DNA of 40,624 bases from Candidatus Eiseniibacteriota bacterium (GCA_043810925.1 JBDRNT010000158.1:1-40624), one strand, 5' to 3'. Counted from the first letter of the stretch, positions 27,753-37,049 are shown. Numbers and translations are program-made. Notes: generated from the sequence alone by a model not told the origin.

Positions 27753-28112
27753 ATGATGGTTGAGCGAAATTCCGGAAAGCCGCAACATGGAAGATGGGAT
27801 CGCATATACGATGTTGTCCGCCGCATCCCCCGCGGCAGGGTAGCAACCTACGGCCAGGTGGCGCGCCTCGCCGGTCTTAGGGGACATGCCCGCCAGGTCG
27901 GTTACGCCCTTCATGCGCTCAAGGACTGGAAGCGCGTTCCGTGGCACCGCGTCGTCAACGCACAGGGAGCGATCAGTCTCCCGCCCATGAGTGGTGCGGA
28001 TGTAACGCAGCGGCTGAGACTGGAGCGCGAAGGTGTGAAGTTCAGGGCTAACGGAAAGATAGACCTTAAGCGCTTCGGTTGGATACCCGAGCAAGACCAG
28101 TATTCACGGTGA
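27753..28112 (+). CDS. Alkyltransferase-like protein (Atl/YbaZ, MGMT DNA-binding family)
   Basis: IPRGRVATYGQVA, ARQVG, PWHRV (Trp in place of the catalytic Cys of PCHR). Confidence 0.92.
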   Translation: MMVERNSGKPQHGRWDRIYDVVRRIPRGRVATYGQVARLAGLRGHARQVGYALHALKDWKRVPWHRVVNAQGAISLPPMSGADVTQRLRLEREGVKFRANGKIDLKRFGWIPEQDQYSR

Positions 28113-28179
28113 TACCATACTTGATTCTCGTCCGATCTTGAATGCCACCAAGTAAATTCAGTATGGTGCCCCCGAAATT
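28102..28179. repeat. Inverted pair of the dispersed repeat (REPIN-like) between convergent genes
   Basis: ATTCACGGTGATACCATACTTGATT (28102-28126) and, reverse complemented, AATTTCGGGGGCACCATACTGAATT (28155-28179). Confidence 0.75.
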
Positions 28180-28187
28180 GAGCGGCT

Positions 28188-29984
28188 TCAGTTGAGGATG
28201 ACGAGCTTCCGGGTCTCGATGTGATGTCCCGCACGCAGCATATAGAAGTAGACCCCACCGGGGAGATCCGGACCATCTCCCGGCGCATCACAACCGGCGC
28301 GGGCATCCCAGCGGAGAGATGCTGATCCGGCCCTCCGGTATTCGTCAACAAGCGTCGTCACATGTTTTCCGAGCACATCGTAGACATCAAGCCTGACATG
28401 ACAATCCACCGGGAGCTCATATCTGATCTCGGTGGCAGAGGTGAAAGGATTCGGTGAGTTCTGGGCCAACCCGAAACCGGTCCGGCTCTTTCCACCACCG
28501 GCCACACTCGAGACGTCCTGACCCGTATTGAAGGTATACCAGGCAAGCGGGGCCACAGGGGGCCTGGCAGAGCGCCGCCCGCTCAAGTCCTTTGCGAAAA
28601 CATAGTACTCGACTTCCACTGAGTCGGCCTGGAGCGGGATATCCGCATAGTAGGAATCTGGATGAGCCGTCGTCTGCATAACAACAGGATTGAAACCCGG
28701 TGACCCTTCGAGTCTCCAGTAGACTAGGAGCGAATCGTTTACAAGCCCGGCCTCGCTCCTATCATCGATACAGGCGGTGACGCGGTAGTCACCGGAACCC
28801 TCGTCCCTGTCCTGAAGCGGGTTGGTGTCTACCCTGAGCATATGGCGGTCGGGTATCTCCATCGTCCGGCAATGGATGGCGTCATCGTAGAGCCAGCCGC
28901 CCTCATACCCGAAGACTTCGTACCCGGGCATGGCGGCTTCATAAGTTGCTATCGCTGCAGCATCCGTACTGATGCCGAAGAGCGGTACAAAGACCTTGTT
29001 ATTGAGAATCATCGAGTTGGTGTAGGCAGCTACCTGCCCCCCACCGATACCACCGCAGTAGACACGCACGATGTTGTACGGACGGCCATAGCAGTTGGTT
29101 AAGGTCCCCAGTGTCGCGACATTGGCTTCGATGGCGGCATAGTGGGCATGGCTCGAGGCAACCTCCTTGACAAGAAGCGTTTCCTCACTCAAGACCTTGA
29201 GCCAGCAATCGATATGGTGGATCCCGGCCGATGCGATGTCGGGAAGCACAACGTAATTCGTAATCCCCAGATAGTCTTCCATCACCTGGGCGATCTCTGT
29301 GTGGGTCATGCCCGAATTCTCATCCCAGACGAGATCGGTGGAAAACCCGGTACCATGCCCGTCAAAGAGGAAATTGCCACCGGTGTGGACCAGAGTCGTA
29401 CCGTAGACTGGAGCGCTCCACTCAGATCCCAGATCCCAGGGCACCTGATCATCCAGCGGGCGGGGTCTGTTATAGATGTGGTCCACAAAGCCCCACGCTC
29501 CGTCGGCAAAAACAGTCTGGGGCCCGTAGTCACGGGTCCACATGGAATTGGTCGAGATATCGATCATATCGACATTGGCCATGTTCACGCCGTTGGAGTT
29601 GAGGTAGTTATAGCAGGTTGTCTGCTGGCTCGAGATACAGAGAATGTGAACGGTGAGATCCTCGGCGTATCCGCGGATCATGGCAACCGGAAGGCCGAAG
29701 CCGTTGTAATACCTGATAAGCGCCCCGGTCAGGGGTTCCCACTGGGCGCACCGGCGCACGGGTGCTCCCGGCGCAGCGGTCGTGATATGGGTGATCCCGA
29801 TCTCGTCAAGCCGGGTCATCTCCTCTTCGGTGAGATGAATCGGGAGTTCCTCAAGAAATAAGTCACTGGGCTGAGTATCTGGAGATTTGGTGCTCCCGGC
29901 CTGGGTGTCGGGGGTTATGACAAACGCTGCCACTAAGAGTACGACGGCGATTACCACAAAACTTCGGTTGGCACTACCCATCAT
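28188..29984 (-). CDS. Secreted agmatine/peptidylarginine deiminase family protein with C-terminal T9SS/FlgD-like domain
   Basis: Signal peptide; WTRDYGP, GGN, HIDC, YTNS, AIHC catalytic motifs; C-terminal 'QNSPNPF...YDVLGKHV...GVYFY'. Confidence 0.9.
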   Translation of the reverse strand: MMGSANRSFVVIAVVLLVAAFVITPDTQAGSTKSPDTQPSDLFLEELPIHLTEEEMTRLDEIGITHITTAAPGAPVRRCAQWEPLTGALIRYYNGFGLPVAMIRGYAEDLTVHILCISSQQTTCYNYLNSNGVNMANVDMIDISTNSMWTRDYGPQTVFADGAWGFVDHIYNRPRPLDDQVPWDLGSEWSAPVYGTTLVHTGGNFLFDGHGTGFSTDLVWDENSGMTHTEIAQVMEDYLGITNYVVLPDIASAGIHHIDCWLKVLSEETLLVKEVASSHAHYAAIEANVATLGTLTNCYGRPYNIVRVYCGGIGGGQVAAYTNSMILNNKVFVPLFGISTDAAAIATYEAAMPGYEVFGYEGGWLYDDAIHCRTMEIPDRHMLRVDTNPLQDRDEGSGDYRVTACIDDRSEAGLVNDSLLVYWRLEGSPGFNPVVMQTTAHPDSYYADIPLQADSVEVEYYVFAKDLSGRRSARPPVAPLAWYTFNTGQDVSSVAGGGKSRTGFGLAQNSPNPFTSATEIRYELPVDCHVRLDVYDVLGKHVTTLVDEYRRAGSASLRWDARAGCDAPGDGPDLPGGVYFYMLRAGHHIETRKLVILN

Positions 29985-30081
29985 TCGTGTGTCCCCGATG
30001 TCGCTGATCCGGCAAAAGTGGAAGGGGGTCCTGGGCTCAGCAGGATCCCATTCCAACCGGACACTGTCTGTACGAGAGTCA

Positions 30082-30110
30082 ATTATACCTCATCCGGGCA
30101 GCATTTTCAA
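30082..30110 (-). promoter_or_regulatory. Putative sigma70 promoter for the deiminase gene
   Basis: The minus strand reads TTGAAA-N17-TATAAT. Confidence 0.65.
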
Positions 30111-30180
30111 GGCGTACCGTCCGTTCTGCCTGTTCTATGATCTTGATCTCAGCCATCGAAATTGGTAAACTCAGGACGCT

Positions 30181-31278
30181 ATGAAGAGATGCAAACTGGT
30201 TGCTGCGACACTTCTGATCTTGGCTTTATTCGCCCCCGTGGTGACGGCCGGCCCGGTGACCATCTCCCCACAGATGACGAGGATCACCATCGCACCCGGG
30301 GGGCATGGCCGCCAGAGCATCACCGTCACCAATAACATGGAGACAATCCTTGCCTGCCGGATCGAGACTGCGGACTGGACGGCTGCGCCGGGTGTCCCAC
30401 GGGGTCGTGAGTTCCACGCGGCCGGTACGCAGGAACGCTCGTGTACGCCCTGGATGCTGATTTCATCCGACGAGTTTGATCTGGGTACAGGAGAAAGCCG
30501 GGAGATTTCCATCTCGGTGGCTTTGCCCGATACCGCTGAGGGCAGTTACTTCGGCGCCCTGCTCTTCCGCGTGACTCCCGAGACACCTCCTCCGTCAAAA
30601 GGCGTCACCACGCGTATCTCCCTGAACCTCGACCACCTGGTCACTGTTGATACCGAGGGCAGAACCACCTGGGCCGCATCGGTGGACACGATCTATATCT
30701 CGAGGCCGGATGATAACAAGCCGCTCGTGATCACGACAGTCCTTAAGAACGAAGGCAATGCAGGACTCCGGCCGGAAGGCTCCTTCAGCATTGTCGATGA
30801 CATGGAAACAGTATGGGGCACGGTCGAAGTCAGGGACTATGTCATCCAGCCGGGAGGCTCGGGACTCGTTTCTGAAGAGTGGGAAGGGATTCTCCTGCCC
30901 CAACCCTATGATCTTAAGGGCACCATCAATATCGGTGGGGATAAGACTCTCACACCGAAGCTCAGATTCAGTGTGACAAACTGGATGAGGATTGCGGGAA
31001 TCACAGTCTCTGAGAAGGATGACAGCCTCATTGCAGTCGTGCAGATCACGAACAAGGGCAATATCACTTCAACCGTGGATGTGTTGCTCGAGATCCGCAA
31101 CGCCGGGGGTTATCGCAAGGGACAGCTTGATCGCAGCGATGTCACAGTGCTTCCCGATGAGACAAGCGAGCTCCTTTTCACGCTGCCGGAGCTCGAGACC
31201 GGTGGCTATGAACTGACTGTGTCTATAGATAGTCCCGAGCATCAAACAGATGCCACCATTCGCTTCAAAGCCCCTTGA
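30181..31278 (+). CDS. Secreted multi-Ig-fold protein (PapD-like chaperone / DUF916-like)
   Basis: Signal peptide; ISP...ITVTN, 'GSYFGALLF', repeated NxGN Ig-like motifs. Confidence 0.7.
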   Translation: MKRCKLVAATLLILALFAPVVTAGPVTISPQMTRITIAPGGHGRQSITVTNNMETILACRIETADWTAAPGVPRGREFHAAGTQERSCTPWMLISSDEFDLGTGESREISISVALPDTAEGSYFGALLFRVTPETPPPSKGVTTRISLNLDHLVTVDTEGRTTWAASVDTIYISRPDDNKPLVITTVLKNEGNAGLRPEGSFSIVDDMETVWGTVEVRDYVIQPGGSGLVSEEWEGILLPQPYDLKGTINIGGDKTLTPKLRFSVTNWMRIAGITVSEKDDSLIAVVQITNKGNITSTVDVLLEIRNAGGYRKGQLDRSDVTVLPDETSELLFTLPELETGGYELTVSIDSPEHQTDATIRFKAP

Positions 31279-31365
31279 GCAGGTCATAGTTCTCCACTTG
31301 TAACACCTGTTGCATCTGATAAACTGAAAGCGTCGACCACATTACAAAGCAGAGGAGGGTGAGAG

Positions 31366-32220
31366 ATGATCAAATCATATGTGAAAGTCTGGATTCTGTG
31401 CGTTGCAGTCGTCGGTCAGTGCTTCGTTATCGGGTGTGGGAAAGACTCCGATCGCACCCATGAACTCCTCAACGCCGTCTTATGGGTACAGACTGCGGCG
31501 GAGTATCAGGCTGTCTGCGAACAGAGCTTCACCCTGGCCCGGGTCAGGCTGGACGAAGGCCTCGCTGACCCCGAATGGACGGCCGCTGTGGAGCAAGAGC
31601 CGCTGAAGATCGAATTGGAAAAGCTGCCGCCGGCCGTTATCTGTGATGTCGATGAGACCGTTTTGGACAATTCCGAGTTCGATGCGCGCCTGGTCGCGGA
31701 CGGGGTCGAGTACAGCAGTGACTTGTGGAACGATTGGGTTGAGCAGGCGATCGCACCACCGCTAACGGGCGCACAGGCATTCATCGCGTATGCGCGCGCC
31801 AATGGTGTCCACGTCTTCTTCGTAACCAACCGCAAGGCGACCTCGAAGGACAAGACCCTGGCCAATCTCCGAGACGCGTTCGGCGCTGATATCTCCGAAG
31901 ACGATCTGCTCTGCAGGGGAGAAATCGATGAATGGACGGATGACAAGACGACGCGCCGGCTTCACCTCGCCGGGACTCACCGCATAGTGCTCATCCTGGG
32001 TGATGATCTCAATGATTTCATCTTCTTCGGAACCGCTTCACCCGAGAAGCGGACGAAGCTGGCGCACGAGCACCGTGGCAAATGGGGCACCAAGTGGATC
32101 ATCTTCCCCAATCCTCTCTATGGAAGCTGGGAAAAGTCACTATACGACTACGAAGTCACCCTGCCCCATAACAAGAAGCTCAGCAGGAAATACGGCGCCA
32201 TCAATTTCCAGAAGCAGTGA
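31366..32220 (+). CDS. Class C acid phosphatase / 5'-nucleotidase lipoprotein e(P4) family (HAD)
   Basis: Lipobox VIG-C; WVQTAAEY, DVDETVLDNS, VTNR, GDDLNDF, PNPLYGSW. Confidence 0.93.
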   Translation: MIKSYVKVWILCVAVVGQCFVIGCGKDSDRTHELLNAVLWVQTAAEYQAVCEQSFTLARVRLDEGLADPEWTAAVEQEPLKIELEKLPPAVICDVDETVLDNSEFDARLVADGVEYSSDLWNDWVEQAIAPPLTGAQAFIAYARANGVHVFFVTNRKATSKDKTLANLRDAFGADISEDDLLCRGEIDEWTDDKTTRRLHLAGTHRIVLILGDDLNDFIFFGTASPEKRTKLAHEHRGKWGTKWIIFPNPLYGSWEKSLYDYEVTLPHNKKLSRKYGAINFQKQ

Positions 32221-32280
32221 GCAGAGAGCCCGGTTTCTGCAACTTGCCACTATCATCTTGCCTGATCTTAGCCGTGGCCT

Positions 32281-32630
32281 CTATGAATTGCCTTGGTGAG
32301 CGAGGTAGGTGATGAAGCGTTCAAGGTAGGGAGGGTGGTGAGGTGTCACGCATGATGGCGGCGTACCAGATCCGTTTGAAGCCGGCTTTGGTCACCCGGA
32401 TTGCTTTGAGCTCCGAAGCCTTGAGATAGGGTCTGGCCGACCAGAGGTTGAGGACAGCCACCCCCATGCCGGCCCTTACCATCTCAACGATTGCATCGGT
32501 CAGCGGCAGATTGATGAGTGACTTCGGTGTTACTCCCGCCGGCATAAGTACCTTCTGATAAAAGGCCACTTCCTCAACCGGGATATCGTAGTTGATCAGG
32601 TGCTGGCCGGCAAGGTGCCCGGCAGGATCA
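32281..32630 (-). pseudogene. LysR-type regulator remnant (C-terminal substrate-binding part only, frameshifted)
   Basis: 'LTDAIVEMVRAGMGVAVL..W' and 'RIWYAA' are LysR C-domain motifs; no HTH or start. A frameshift near 32330 continues as PYLERFITYLAHQGNS* to TAG at 32281. The upstream boundary is approximate. Confidence 0.8.
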
Positions 32631-32738
32631 TGCGAAGCTGAGCTGTCTATCACAGCATTTCAGGCCACACAAAGCCAATTCGTGGGTATAGTAGAAATGA
32701 CGCCAACGACGCCACAACGAGTATCAGGAGGGACGCCC

Positions 32739-35279
32739 ATGGACCGCAGGGACAGCTATCGCTTTGTCACGGCAGTTTCCTTTGTTGCAGTCACTTTCGG
32801 CCTCATCCTCGTCTCCAGCGCAGCCTTTGGATTTCAGGAGGGCGTGATCGTAAGGGTGGAAAAGCCGGTCAGCACCGAGACGCTCTCTCAGGCCGGTATG
32901 TTCTACCTGGCCGATCTCGGAGAGGCTTACCTCGTACAGGGTAGCCCGGCTGCAGCCCGAAGGCTTGCGGAGTCCGCAGCCGACTTCAGAGTCATGGCAT
33001 CACTGCAGGCAGGGAAATCTGCTTATCTTCTAAGGCCCCGGAGGTCTCAGAAGGAGATGCCTTATTCAGTGGCTCTCGTCGAAGTCGCGAGAGGCGTGTA
33101 CCTGGCCCAGATGGATATGGCAGAGGCGGAAGACCCGAGTCTTCTCCAGTTCTCAAAGGCCAGACTAGTGCCCTACACCTTCATTCAGCGAGAGCCGCAG
33201 GTACTTCCCTACGCCCCAGCCGCGATCACACCCAAACCACAAATAGTCGGCCTCGTTGCAGAAGTCTCCGGCGATAGTCTGTGGCGCTACATATCCCAGC
33301 TAAGCGGTGAGGAAGGCGCGGTAATCAACGGTGTGCCGGATACGATTCTCACGCGTTACTCCTTTAGCACCGGGATCGATAACGCGGCCGACTACCTGTG
33401 TGAACGCTTCGAGGAATACGGCGTGGATGTGGAGTTTCAGGAGTACGTACAGGGTAGGTACGACTTCTATGATCTCGATTTTATAAACGAGAACTGCGGC
33501 TGGGTGGTGGGATACCAACAGCGGATCTATAAGACAACCGACGCGGGTCTTACCTGGACAAGACAGAAGACCTTTGCCTTTAATGACATATACATCGACG
33601 TCTGCTTTATTGACTCACTTGAAGGCTGGATCTGTGGTGTCTCCGCCGCCATCTACCATACCGCAGACGGCGGGGCCTCATGGACCAGGCAGACCGCCTC
33701 CACCGGGAGCCCCGCCTGGCTCAATGACATATGCTTCATCGATTCGCTCAATGGCTGGGTCGCAGGGCAGAACGGTTCGATCGCAAGCACCACGGATGGA
33801 GGCAACATTTGGGGAGATGATGTGACCGGGACAACCGAGGCCATCTACGGCCTGTGGTTCAGGTCGGCAGACAGGGGTTGGGCTTGCGGGGATATGGGAA
33901 CCATCCTCTTCTGGGACGGGATATCCTGGACTTCCCAGACGAGCGGTGCGAGTGACTTCCTCCGCGATGTCTGCTTCATCGATGACAATACCGGCTGGGT
34001 CGTGGGAGCAGACCGGACCCTGCTTAAGACCACGGACGGGGGACAAAACTGGATAGCGCAAACGGTACCCGGTAGTCCCAACCCTTACCTCATGGATGTA
34101 TGCTTCATCGACTCCCTTGAGGGATGGGTGGCTGAATATGATGGTACGATTCTCCACACCACCGACAGTGGCGCCAGCTGGGAGATTCAGCATGCCGAGG
34201 GATCTCCGGCTCTTTACGGCATCGACGTTGTGAGTGCCTCCCACGGCTGGGCTGCGGGCTTAAGCTGTGCGATCCAGCACACGGCCGATGGCGGAGATAT
34301 CTGGGAAAGCCAGACCACCAACCTTTCAACCGGCGCCTGGAAGCTCAACAAGAACGTGGTTGCAACCAAGCCGGGGACCGTCTCCGACGAGCAGGTGATT
34401 ATCTGCGGTCACTACGACAGCATATCAGAGGTCTCCGCGACACTGGCACCCGGTGCTGATGACAATGCCAGCGGCACATCGGCGGTGGTCGAGGCCGCAC
34501 GGGTCATGGCTGATTTTCCCTGTGAGCGGACGATCAAGTTTGTCTGCTTCGCGGGTGAGGAACAGGGCCTGCTCGGAAGCAGCGAGTATGCCGGACGGGC
34601 GCTCTATGCCGGTGATGCGATTGTGGGAGTCTTAAACTGCGATATGATTGCCTACGTCGACTCCGCTCCGGAAGACGTCAATATCGTGAGCGACTCGGTC
34701 TCGGAGTGGATGGCTGACCTGGCGATCGATTGTGCCGACGCTTATGTCCCGACGCTTCTCACCCGCAAGATCATTGATCCTGACATGCTCTACAGCGACC
34801 ATGCTTCTTTCTGGCGGCTCGGATTCAATGCTCTGGACAACGAGGAAGATACTCCGATTGTCTATCCTGCTTACCACACAACGGGAGACAGGATCCACAA
34901 TCTCACACAGTCGTTTGCCACGAATGTCGCCGAGATGGCGGTGGCCACACTTGCTGAACTTGCTATACCCGATACGTCCATCTCCGGCGTGATTGGATCT
35001 GAGATCACCTTTATTATGTCGGTGGAGCCGAATCCCTTCACCGCGACGACAAGGCTTCGCTTTGCACTCAATGCTGTCAGCGACGTCAGCGTAAGCCTGT
35101 TTGATGTGGAAGGCAGGTTGGTCAAAACGCTTGTTGAGACATCATTACCACCGGGTCGGCATGATGCTTTTTGGGATGGAAGGGACGAGCGAGGGCGGAG
35201 GGTTTCACCGGGAGTCTACTTTGCGAGCGTCGAGACCGAAAGAGCGAGCACACACAGCAAGGTTGTACTCCTGAAATAG
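32739..35279 (+). CDS. Secreted M28 metallopeptidase with inserted YCF48/BNR beta-propeller and C-terminal FlgD/T9SS-like domain
   Basis: SD AGGAGG; signal peptide; GHYDS, PGADDNASG, GEEQGL, SDHASF, YHT; repeated TxDGGxxW; PNPF...DVEGRLV...WDG...PGVYF. Confidence 0.92.
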   Translation: MDRRDSYRFVTAVSFVAVTFGLILVSSAAFGFQEGVIVRVEKPVSTETLSQAGMFYLADLGEAYLVQGSPAAARRLAESAADFRVMASLQAGKSAYLLRPRRSQKEMPYSVALVEVARGVYLAQMDMAEAEDPSLLQFSKARLVPYTFIQREPQVLPYAPAAITPKPQIVGLVAEVSGDSLWRYISQLSGEEGAVINGVPDTILTRYSFSTGIDNAADYLCERFEEYGVDVEFQEYVQGRYDFYDLDFINENCGWVVGYQQRIYKTTDAGLTWTRQKTFAFNDIYIDVCFIDSLEGWICGVSAAIYHTADGGASWTRQTASTGSPAWLNDICFIDSLNGWVAGQNGSIASTTDGGNIWGDDVTGTTEAIYGLWFRSADRGWACGDMGTILFWDGISWTSQTSGASDFLRDVCFIDDNTGWVVGADRTLLKTTDGGQNWIAQTVPGSPNPYLMDVCFIDSLEGWVAEYDGTILHTTDSGASWEIQHAEGSPALYGIDVVSASHGWAAGLSCAIQHTADGGDIWESQTTNLSTGAWKLNKNVVATKPGTVSDEQVIICGHYDSISEVSATLAPGADDNASGTSAVVEAARVMADFPCERTIKFVCFAGEEQGLLGSSEYAGRALYAGDAIVGVLNCDMIAYVDSAPEDVNIVSDSVSEWMADLAIDCADAYVPTLLTRKIIDPDMLYSDHASFWRLGFNALDNEEDTPIVYPAYHTTGDRIHNLTQSFATNVAEMAVATLAELAIPDTSISGVIGSEITFIMSVEPNPFTATTRLRFALNAVSDVSVSLFDVEGRLVKTLVETSLPPGRHDAFWDGRDERGRRVSPGVYFASVETERASTHSKVVLLK

Positions 35280-35291
35280 CATCAACCAGGT

Positions 35292-35325
35292 CGCCGCCGG
35301 TTCACGTCCTCAACGGCCGGCGGCG
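35292..35325 (+). terminator. Hairpin downstream of the peptidase gene
   Basis: CGCCGCCGG...CCGGCGGCG, a 9-bp stem; no U tract. Confidence 0.4.
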
Positions 35326-35469
35326 GCCGGTCTCGATATGGAACAGGCCCTGGATGTTGTATGAGCCTTGCTCATACATTCCATCAATTTATTTCACTGT
35401 ATACGCAGATATGCCAGAATTATGCTTGGCATACAAGCAGCAAGAAAGGGGCATGAGAGGAGGAACACG

Positions 35470-37017
35470 ATGAAGCATACGGCGACGTACCTGTTGGTTA
35501 TTTTTTTGATGGTGCCGGTTTTCGTCCTGGCGCTCGCGGGTCTCACAACTGCCGGCGAGATTCACGATGCGATAAGTGCCGGAGACATGAGTAAGGTGGA
35601 AGCTATCCTGGCCGCCGATCCCGGCCAGATCTCGGCCCGCAATGATGCCCTCGGCACCCCTCTTCACGTTGCAGTCTCAGACAGCCAGGTCGACATCGCG
35701 CGATTTCTCATTTCGAGGGGCGCTGATGTCAATGCCGGTGACAGCGACAACTCGCGGCCACTTCACTGGGCCGCGTTTGAGCGCAAGCGCGAGTTGGTCG
35801 AGATACTTCTGGAGGCCGGGGCCGATCTTGAGATCGTGGAGGACTACGGGAACTCTCCACTCACCTACGCAATCTACGGCGGGGATACGGGGATCGTTAA
35901 TCTCCTGCTTGACCGGGGCGCGGATCCGCACCACGCCAATACGCAGGGACAGATACCGCTCCAGTACGCAGTTGCGATAGGGCGACTGGAGATCGTTAAG
36001 ATCCTGGTGGCCCATGGCGCTGATGTCAATCACGTGGATGCCTACGGCCTGACGCCCCTGTTTTCGGCCAAGGCCAGGGGATGGGATGAGATCGCCGCTT
36101 ATCTAAAAGAGGTGGGAGCAACCCGTGACTTTGAGATTCCAAAAGCCAAGGTGGAGATGCTTGCGCCCGCCTTCCATGTGGTCACCGTGCCGCTGAGCAA
36201 CCGAACCAACTGCGGTGTACAGTCAGGAGAGGATGGCTTGCTCTTGGTCGATACGGGTTACCAGTCATCGGCATCGCGAATCTTAGAAGCACTTGCGGAA
36301 ATATCCGGAAGCAAGCACACCGACGATCCCGGTGTTGAGTACATCATCACCACTCACTTACACGGTGATCACTTCTCCGCACATAGCTACGTGGACAGCA
36401 CGGCAACCGTGATCGATTTTACGAACCTTGATCAGATGGTGACCGACGGCATTCTGACCAGGGCCGAGATGGGGCTAAAGGGTCGTACGGGCGAACCTTA
36501 CGGGTTCATCGCTGAGGGGAAGCCGAAATTCATGAGCGGCAAAGATCTGTCGTTTGCCCCCCATTACTCGATGAACTTCAACGGTGAGGAGATTCTGCTG
36601 ATTCCAGCCGCGGGCACCCACTCCGAGACCGATCTGCTCATCTGGTTCAAGCAGTCTGGCGTTGTCTGCACAGGAAGCCTCCTCCTTTCTGAGTCCTTTC
36701 CGGGCGTCTCGGCGGGAAAGATCGAGCCGTATCTCGACATTCTTTGTACGATGATCGATGTATTCCCCGATGACACCATGTTCACGGCGGGTCACGGGCG
36801 CACGGTCGACATGGCAGGTCTCAAGAACTACACAGTGATGGTGATGTCGTCGGCAGAAGCAATCCACGAGGAAGTGCTTAAGGGAAAATCCGTGGATGAG
36901 ATGTTGGCTGAGGACATCCTGGGGCCATGGTCTGAGTATGGCGAATGTCCCTTCATGCCATACCAGACTCCCCGGGTATGGATCTCGGCCGTAGCCCGAA
37001 CGTACATTATAGAATAG
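35470..37017 (+). CDS. Secreted ankyrin-repeat / metallo-beta-lactamase-fold fusion protein
   Basis: SD GAGGAGG; signal peptide; about 5 ankyrin repeats (TPLH, GADVN); LLVDTG, THLHGDH, THS, GHG. Confidence 0.9.
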   Translation: MKHTATYLLVIFLMVPVFVLALAGLTTAGEIHDAISAGDMSKVEAILAADPGQISARNDALGTPLHVAVSDSQVDIARFLISRGADVNAGDSDNSRPLHWAAFERKRELVEILLEAGADLEIVEDYGNSPLTYAIYGGDTGIVNLLLDRGADPHHANTQGQIPLQYAVAIGRLEIVKILVAHGADVNHVDAYGLTPLFSAKARGWDEIAAYLKEVGATRDFEIPKAKVEMLAPAFHVVTVPLSNRTNCGVQSGEDGLLLVDTGYQSSASRILEALAEISGSKHTDDPGVEYIITTHLHGDHFSAHSYVDSTATVIDFTNLDQMVTDGILTRAEMGLKGRTGEPYGFIAEGKPKFMSGKDLSFAPHYSMNFNGEEILLIPAAGTHSETDLLIWFKQSGVVCTGSLLLSESFPGVSAGKIEPYLDILCTMIDVFPDDTMFTAGHGRTVDMAGLKNYTVMVMSSAEAIHEEVLKGKSVDEMLAEDILGPWSEYGECPFMPYQTPRVWISAVARTYIIE

Positions 37018-37049
37018 AGCGAAGCTCCCCACCTCGGGGGACAGATGAA

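Noticed and set aside
27753-28112. Active O6-methylguanine methyltransferase (ogt)
   Set aside because: PWHR replaces PCHR, so this is the known non-catalytic Atl type and is not novel.
33480-34320. Recurrent DNA repeats (e.g. tgcttcatcga) as a possible CRISPR or tandem array
   Set aside because: They are degenerate, in frame, and encode the propeller blade repeats.
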